From the NCBI GenBank assembly GCA_038230375.1, contig JBBRNJ010000080.1, positions 1 through 39,612 on the forward strand: a stretch of DNA of 39,612 bases, read 5' to 3'. Shown in pieces: positions 34,989 through 39,612 of the stretch. The stretch is from Polyangiales bacterium (GTDB lineage Bacteria > Myxococcota_A > Polyangia > Polyangiales > Polyangiaceae). The notes beneath the pieces are model-generated. The model worked only from the letters and a program-made list of their open reading frames with translations. It was not told where the DNA came from and made no database searches. The position numbers were made by a program, and so were the translations under genes. Positions within the stretch are counted from its first letter, which is position 1, and every line of letters begins with the position of its first letter.

Positions 34989-36575
34989 TCAGTTCGGCAC
35001 GATCCCCACATGGACCTTGCCCGCGCTGGACGCGACGATCGGGACGACGCCGTCCGTGCGTGTCTCGTCGGCGCAGCCCCCGACCACGGTGATCTTTCGC
35101 TTCGCGTCCCTGTACACGCGGGTCGGGACCATGAGCTCGGTCACGCCGCCAGCGGTCGCGATGTAGTCGAGCGTGAAGGTCCGTGTCGCGGCGTCGAAGG
35201 AGAAGGTGGGATCAGCTCCGGCGATGGCGCGCGGATAGACGCGTGCGATCTGGTCCGTGATCGCTGCGTACTCCGTTCCGTCCGCGCGAAGGAGCCCGAG
35301 CGGCTCGTCGTTCCACGTGACCGGACTTTCGCTGTACTCCCACTGCGCGCCATGAGCGAAGAGAGCATCGAGCGCTGCCCAGTGCGCCGCGACGTACGGT
35401 CCCTGCGACGCGGCGGAGTGGGATGCACCGAACTCACCGACGAACGTGGGCACCCCCCACGCCTTGCCCATGTCTGCCCACTTCTTCAGGCCTGACATCA
35501 CCTTCGTCGGGTCGCCACTGCCGGCTCCGGTCAGCGATGCCTATTGATAGTAGTGGGGCGCAAACACCAGGTTTTTTCCGCTCGGCTTCTGCATCGACGT
35601 GGTCCCGTTGAGCGCGTCGATCCCGGGCAGATCGAAGAATACGAGCGATGCTGGGGCGGCCGCGTTCACGCGCGCAGCCATGGTGCCGAAGAAGTCTCGC
35701 AGCGTGGTTGCTTCGAACACGCTCTGGACGGCGTTGCCCCACCCGGGCTCGTTCAGGACCTCGAAGCCGATCACGCCGGGACGATCCTTGTGCCGCGCGA
35801 TCATGCGATCCCAGAGGGAGCGGTACGCGGTCTGTATGCCGTCGCTGTCGTTCCAGAAGCGATCGAAGGAGCTCTTCACGTCGGCGTCGAGGACGTACTC
35901 GGAGAACCAGAGACTGCAGTTCGTCTTCGAGCTCATCCCCGGATTGGCGAGCGTCCATGACGGGAAGCCATCCCCGCAGAGCTGCTCGCCGTACACGTCC
36001 TGATGGAAGTCCACGATCACCCAGATGTGCCGCGCCCATGCTGCGTCAAGGAGAGCGTCGAAGCGCTTCAGATAGATCTCGTCGTCAGCGCCCTTCGTGG
36101 GCTCCACCGCTGCCCACGTGAACGGAACGCGGAGCACGTCAACGCCCCACGAGACCGCGCGGTCAAGGTAGAGCGCCAGCGCGGCGTCGAACCCACCTGC
36201 AGTGAAGTCGAACGGCAGATGCTCCGGCCCCTGCTTGCTGTGGCCACCCGCGTTCACGCCGCGCAGCGACACGATGCGCCCGAGTGAATCCAGGAGCCTT
36301 GGACCATGGGTCACGAGCTGCCACCCCGGCGTGGGGAGCGTCGCGATACATGCGGGCGCGCCGGACTCCGTCGCTGGTGGCGGCGAGCTCGCGTCGCTCA
36401 TCGTGGGCGCAGCGCCGTCGTCCACGGGAAGCGACGGCGAGCTCTCGACGTGAGCGAGCGGCTCACTGCCACAGCTCACGGCAACGGCCGCCGACAGCGC
36501 GGCAGCCGCGACGACACCGGCCGCACCAAGGCGGGCCAAGGACGCGCGCGTCAGTCTGCGAGTGTGTCGGAACAT
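34989..36575 (-). pseudogene. GH5 endoglycoceramidase-like lipoprotein interrupted by a single in-frame TAG (35541-35543)
   Basis: The two ORFs share a frame: ...FAPHYYQ-TAG-ASLTGAGSGDPTKVMSG... Acid/base EVLNEP lies before the stop; nucleophile VGEFG and RVYPRAIAG C-domain lie after it. Confidence 0.8.
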
Positions 36576-36585
36576 CGAATCGGCG

Positions 36586-36684
36586 CACTAAAACACAGAC
36601 GTACCTATGTTGCAATCCAGGATGTTCCATGTGAATTTGACCGTAGATCTCGATCTTGAACACTAAAACGATGACGTATCTATG
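36586..36684. promoter_or_regulatory. Pair of 24-bp imperfect direct repeats (operator candidates)
   Basis: CACTAAAACACAGACGTACCTATG (36586-36609) and CACTAAAACGATGACGTATCTATG (36661-36684), 20/24 identical, in an AT-rich divergent region. Confidence 0.65.
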
Positions 36685-36729
36685 CCGAAGCGTGGCCCGG
36701 ACTCCGTTGCGCTGGTAGCGTTCGCGGCC

Positions 36730-37620
36730 ATGCGTGCGTCCTTTCTCCGCTTCGGGCTGCTCGCGGCGCTCCCGTTTGGCCTCCTGCTCGCGTGCGGCTC
36801 ACGCACCGGTCTCGGCATCGACGAGGAGGCCGTGGTGAGCGGCGGCGACAGCAGCGTCGGCTCCGACGGCGGCACGACGCTCCCCGACGGTGCGCCCATC
36901 ATCGACGCGACGCCGCCGCCGCCGCCGTGCGAGCCCGGGACCACGGTGCCGTGCGGCAGTAGTGTCGGCGCGTGCAAGCCTGGGCTCGCGTTCTGTCAGT
37001 CGGACGCGGGCCAGGCTGAGTGCATGGGATCCATCGGTCCGACCACCGAGACCTGCAACGGGATCGACGACGACTGCAACGGCACCATCGATGACGGCTT
37101 CAATGTCGGAGGCGCGTGCGATGGCCCCGACACCGACCTGTGCCTCGACGACACGCAGAGCTGCGCGGGCTGCTCCACGGGACCGAACAACGTGGAGGTG
37201 TGCAACGGAGTCGACGACAACTGCAACGGCACCATCGACGCGGACTGCGACTTTGGCGACTGCAAGCCGAAGCTGACCGTCACCGGCTCCACGCCTTCCA
37301 ACCAGGCCTGCATCGACTTTCCCGTCACCAAGGGCGCCACCGGCACCATCGAGTACCCATGCGGGGGCGGTCCTGTCTCCGCGAACATCGGCGCGGTGCT
37401 GTTCACGGGCACGGCGAAGAATGGCTCGGTCACGCTGACCGGCGTCTCCACCGTGATCGGCCCGGACGACTGCCTGTGGCAGGACACGCACGTGATCTCC
37501 GGGGTGCTCGCGAGCGGCGGCCTCTCCTACTCCTACAGCGAGAAGGTGATCGACAAGCGGGGCCACGCCACGTGCTGGCAGCCATGCACGGAGACCGGCA
37601 CCGTGAAGATCACCTGGTAA
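36730..37620 (+). CDS. Cys-rich lipoprotein with MopE-related putative metal-binding repeats
   Basis: LLACGSRTGL lipobox; ETCNGIDDDCNGTIDDG and EVCNGVDDNCNGTIDAD. Confidence 0.85.
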   Translation: MRASFLRFGLLAALPFGLLLACGSRTGLGIDEEAVVSGGDSSVGSDGGTTLPDGAPIIDATPPPPPCEPGTTVPCGSSVGACKPGLAFCQSDAGQAECMGSIGPTTETCNGIDDDCNGTIDDGFNVGGACDGPDTDLCLDDTQSCAGCSTGPNNVEVCNGVDDNCNGTIDADCDFGDCKPKLTVTGSTPSNQACIDFPVTKGATGTIEYPCGGGPVSANIGAVLFTGTAKNGSVTLTGVSTVIGPDDCLWQDTHVISGVLASGGLSYSYSEKVIDKRGHATCWQPCTETGTVKITW

Positions 37621-37631
37621 GCTCGCTCACC

Positions 37632-38702
37632 GTGACAACCCGTTCCCGCATCCTCACTGGTGACACTCCTTCCGGTCGGCTTCACCTTGGCCACTGGGTC
37701 GGGTCGCTGGAAAACCGCGTTCGCCTCCAGGACGACTACGACTGCTTCTTCCTGCTGGCGAACATGCACGCGTTCACCACGCGCGCGGACAAGCCGGAGG
37801 ACATCCGGCGCGACACGCTCGACATCGTCAAGGACTGGCTCGCCGCAGGCATCGATCCGGAGCGCTCGACGCTGGTGCTGCAGACGGAGGTTCCAGCCAT
37901 CGCGGAGCTCTCGTGGTTCTTTGCGATGCTCACGCCGTTCAATCGCGTGATGCGCAATCCCACGCTCAAGACGGAGATCGAGCTCAAGGACCTGGGCGAG
38001 CACTACAGCTTTGGCTTCCCGCTCTACACGGTCGGGCAATGCGCGGACATCCTGGCCTTTCGCGCCGCGCTCGTGCCGGTGGGCGAAGATCAGGTCGCCC
38101 ACATAGAGCTGTGCCGCGAGGTGGCGCGCCGCTTCAACGCGACGTACTGCGGCGTGGATCCAAAGACCGAGGACCCCGAGCACGTGAAGGCAGGCGGCCT
38201 GTTCCCGATCCCAAGCGCGCTGATCGGCCGCATCGGGCGCCTCACCGGCACCGACGGCAAGAACAAGATGTCAAAGAGCCTCGGCAACGCGATCCTCCTC
38301 ACGGACACCGCGAAGGAGATCAAGACGAAGATGGGTGCACTCTACACGGGTCGCCAGACCATGACGGAGCCCGGCGACACGGACAACGCGCTCTTCCAGT
38401 ACGTGCGCGCATTCATCAAGGACCCGGCGCGCGTCGCCGAGCTCACGGATCGCTACAAGCGCGGCGACAACATCGGCGACGGCCACGTGAAGGTCGAGGT
38501 CGCCGCTGCGATCGACGCACTGCTCGCTCCCATGCGTGAGCGCCGCGCCGCGCTCGAAGGAAAACCGGGCGACGATCGGGTCCTCGAGATCCTGCGCGCC
38601 CACACGACCAAAGCGAACGCCGTGGCAGAGGAGACTCTCTACGCCGCCAAGCAAGCAATGGGCCTGGACTTTGGTCCGCGCGCGCTTGGTTTCGGCAGGT
38701 AG
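37632..38702 (+). CDS. trpS: Tryptophan--tRNA ligase
   Basis: ILTGDTPSGRLHLGH (HIGH), QCADIL, VPVGEDQ..HIE, KMSKS. Confidence 0.95.
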   Translation: MTTRSRILTGDTPSGRLHLGHWVGSLENRVRLQDDYDCFFLLANMHAFTTRADKPEDIRRDTLDIVKDWLAAGIDPERSTLVLQTEVPAIAELSWFFAMLTPFNRVMRNPTLKTEIELKDLGEHYSFGFPLYTVGQCADILAFRAALVPVGEDQVAHIELCREVARRFNATYCGVDPKTEDPEHVKAGGLFPIPSALIGRIGRLTGTDGKNKMSKSLGNAILLTDTAKEIKTKMGALYTGRQTMTEPGDTDNALFQYVRAFIKDPARVAELTDRYKRGDNIGDGHVKVEVAAAIDALLAPMRERRAALEGKPGDDRVLEILRAHTTKANAVAEETLYAAKQAMGLDFGPRALGFGR

Positions 38703-38933
38703 CACCACCTCACACAAAACGTTTCGTGAACGTGAGAGAGACGTGGCGCGAGCGCATCACGCATGTCAGTTGTGAAGAGACGGACGTGAGCGCGATCTTC
38801 GGACGCGCAGCGGACGGGCTACGCATCGCGAACCAAGGAGTTTCGATGTCGTTTGATGCGAGAGCGCGGGCAGACCCGCATCACGCAGAGTGAGAGGGAT
38901 GAAGGCGGCGCTCGGACGGCGTGACCCAGGTAG

Positions 38934-38949
38934 GGGCACGCTTGATGCT
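38934..38949 (+). promoter_or_regulatory. Possible sigma54 promoter
   Basis: GGGCAC-gcttg-ATGCT, GG-N10-GC spacing, imperfect -12 box. Confidence 0.4.
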
Positions 38950-39002
38950 TGCTGTCCTTCACCCGCATCGCGGCTGGCGCTTGCCTGTCGGATGAAAACC
39001 AG

Positions 39003-39052
39003 GAGCCACGGGCGTCGAGCGTGCCTCGACAACCCCGTGGCTCTTTCCATTT
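39003..39052 (+). terminator. Strong hairpin with T-rich tail (terminator/attenuator candidate)
   Basis: GAGCCACGGG/CCCGTGGCTC outer stem, GTCGAG/CTCGAC inner stem, then TTTCCATTT. Confidence 0.55.
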
Positions 39053-39072
39053 AATCTGGCGATGATGGAGTG

Positions 39073-39612
39073 ATGCGCCCATACCTTCTTGCCACGCTCG
39101 GTGTGCTCGGCCTGGTCTGCGTCGCGTGTGGCGGCGATGGCTCGTCTGGGGGAAGCGGTGCCGGTGGCGGCGGCGCGGGCGGTGGCGGTGGCGGTGGTGG
39201 TGGCGGGACGGGGTGTGGCACCGTCGATGCCTCCGCGGCGGCGACGATCTCGGGCTACATGGACAAGCTCCCGAACCAGGTCGCCAAAGGGGCCACGCGC
39301 ACCGCCGCGATCGACGCGATCGCGAAGACCTGCGCCGCGCTCGGGCCCACCGCCTCCGGATGGAAGCCCGAGTACTGCTGGGCCCACCTGACCGCGGCGA
39401 TCTCGAAGGAGTCCGGCTACACGCCCACCGCGAGCGTGCTCGACGGCTACGGCACCCGCAAAGTCGGTGGCATGAAGGCGAATGATCCGGTTGTGGGCAT
39501 GCTGCAGATCCGCTTCAGCTCCACGGTCCACGAGATCGTCTCGCTGGGCAACGTGGGGCGCATCGCGTGCACGGGCTGCTCCATCCCGCAGTCCGTGAAG
39601 TCACATGCGTCG
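39073..39612 (+). CDS. Lipoprotein with Gly linker and lysozyme-fold/lytic transglycosylase-like domain (3'-truncated)
   Basis: Not in the ORF track (no stop in window). SD GGAG; MRPYLLATLGVLGLVCVAC, poly-Gly, AAISKESGY (motif I, catalytic Glu), VGMLQI (motif II). Confidence 0.7.
   Translation, partial: MRPYLLATLGVLGLVCVACGGDGSSGGSGAGGGGAGGGGGGGGGGTGCGTVDASAAATISGYMDKLPNQVAKGATRTAAIDAIAKTCAALGPTASGWKPEYCWAHLTAAISKESGYTPTASVLDGYGTRKVGGMKANDPVVGMLQIRFSSTVHEIVSLGNVGRIACTGCSIPQSVKSHAS

Noticed and set aside
35541..35543. Genome-wide TAG reassignment
   Set aside because: trpS, the deaminase, the GNAT and others end at TAG where their domains end.
37116..37631. Apparent N-terminal extension of TrpRS (528-aa ORF)
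   Set aside because: Out-of-frame overlap with the real lipoprotein gene; TrpRS motifs begin right after GTG 37632.
38703..39072. T-box, 6S, tmRNA, RNase P or c-di-GMP/c-di-AMP riboswitch
   Set aside because: Lies downstream of trpS and shows none of the signature motifs I know for these families; kept only as an unclassified structured region.
1..39612. Prophage, IS, integron or biosynthetic gene cluster
   Set aside because: No integrase, transposase, phage structural, PKS/NRPS or clear RiPP maturase genes recognised; composition looks uniform by eye.

Overview
High-GC bacterial chromosomal segment. The gene families (AgmX/PglI C-terminal protein, GRP-type ferritin-like lipoprotein, tandem DsbA, many Cys-rich lipoproteins) suggest Myxococcota, probably Polyangiales; this is an inference. 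About 40 CDS, roughly 17 of them predicted lipoproteins. Recognisable genes: the 3' end of a ParE/RelE toxin, a SAM methyltransferase, an ECF42-type sigma factor convergent with a YCII/SRPBCC operon, three ferritin-like di-iron proteins, an AAC(3)-I-like GNAT, a Ddl-like ATP-grasp ligase, a lipoprotein adenosine deaminase, a MetX-like hydrolase, a J-domain protein, an LRR protein, a triple-DsbA-FKBP fusion, a double-GT4 glycosyltransferase, a GH5 endoglycoceramidase-like gene broken by one in-frame TAG, trpS, and a partial lysozyme-fold lipoprotein. I found no rRNA, tRNA, CRISPR array, IS or prophage. Most notable: (1) a Zn-ribbon protein fused to an isolated DnaK subdomain IIB-like segment (candidate chaperone mimic), with other dissociated DnaJ parts elsewhere in the window; (2) an unannotated lipoprotein with a caspase/CHAT-like His-Cys dyad, alongside many lipoproteins with D-[AGS] linkers; (3) several sigma54-type and leaderless promoters; (4) a structured 370-bp region after trpS; (5) a 24-bp paired operator-like repeat. 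All family calls come from recognising motifs by eye; no searches were run.
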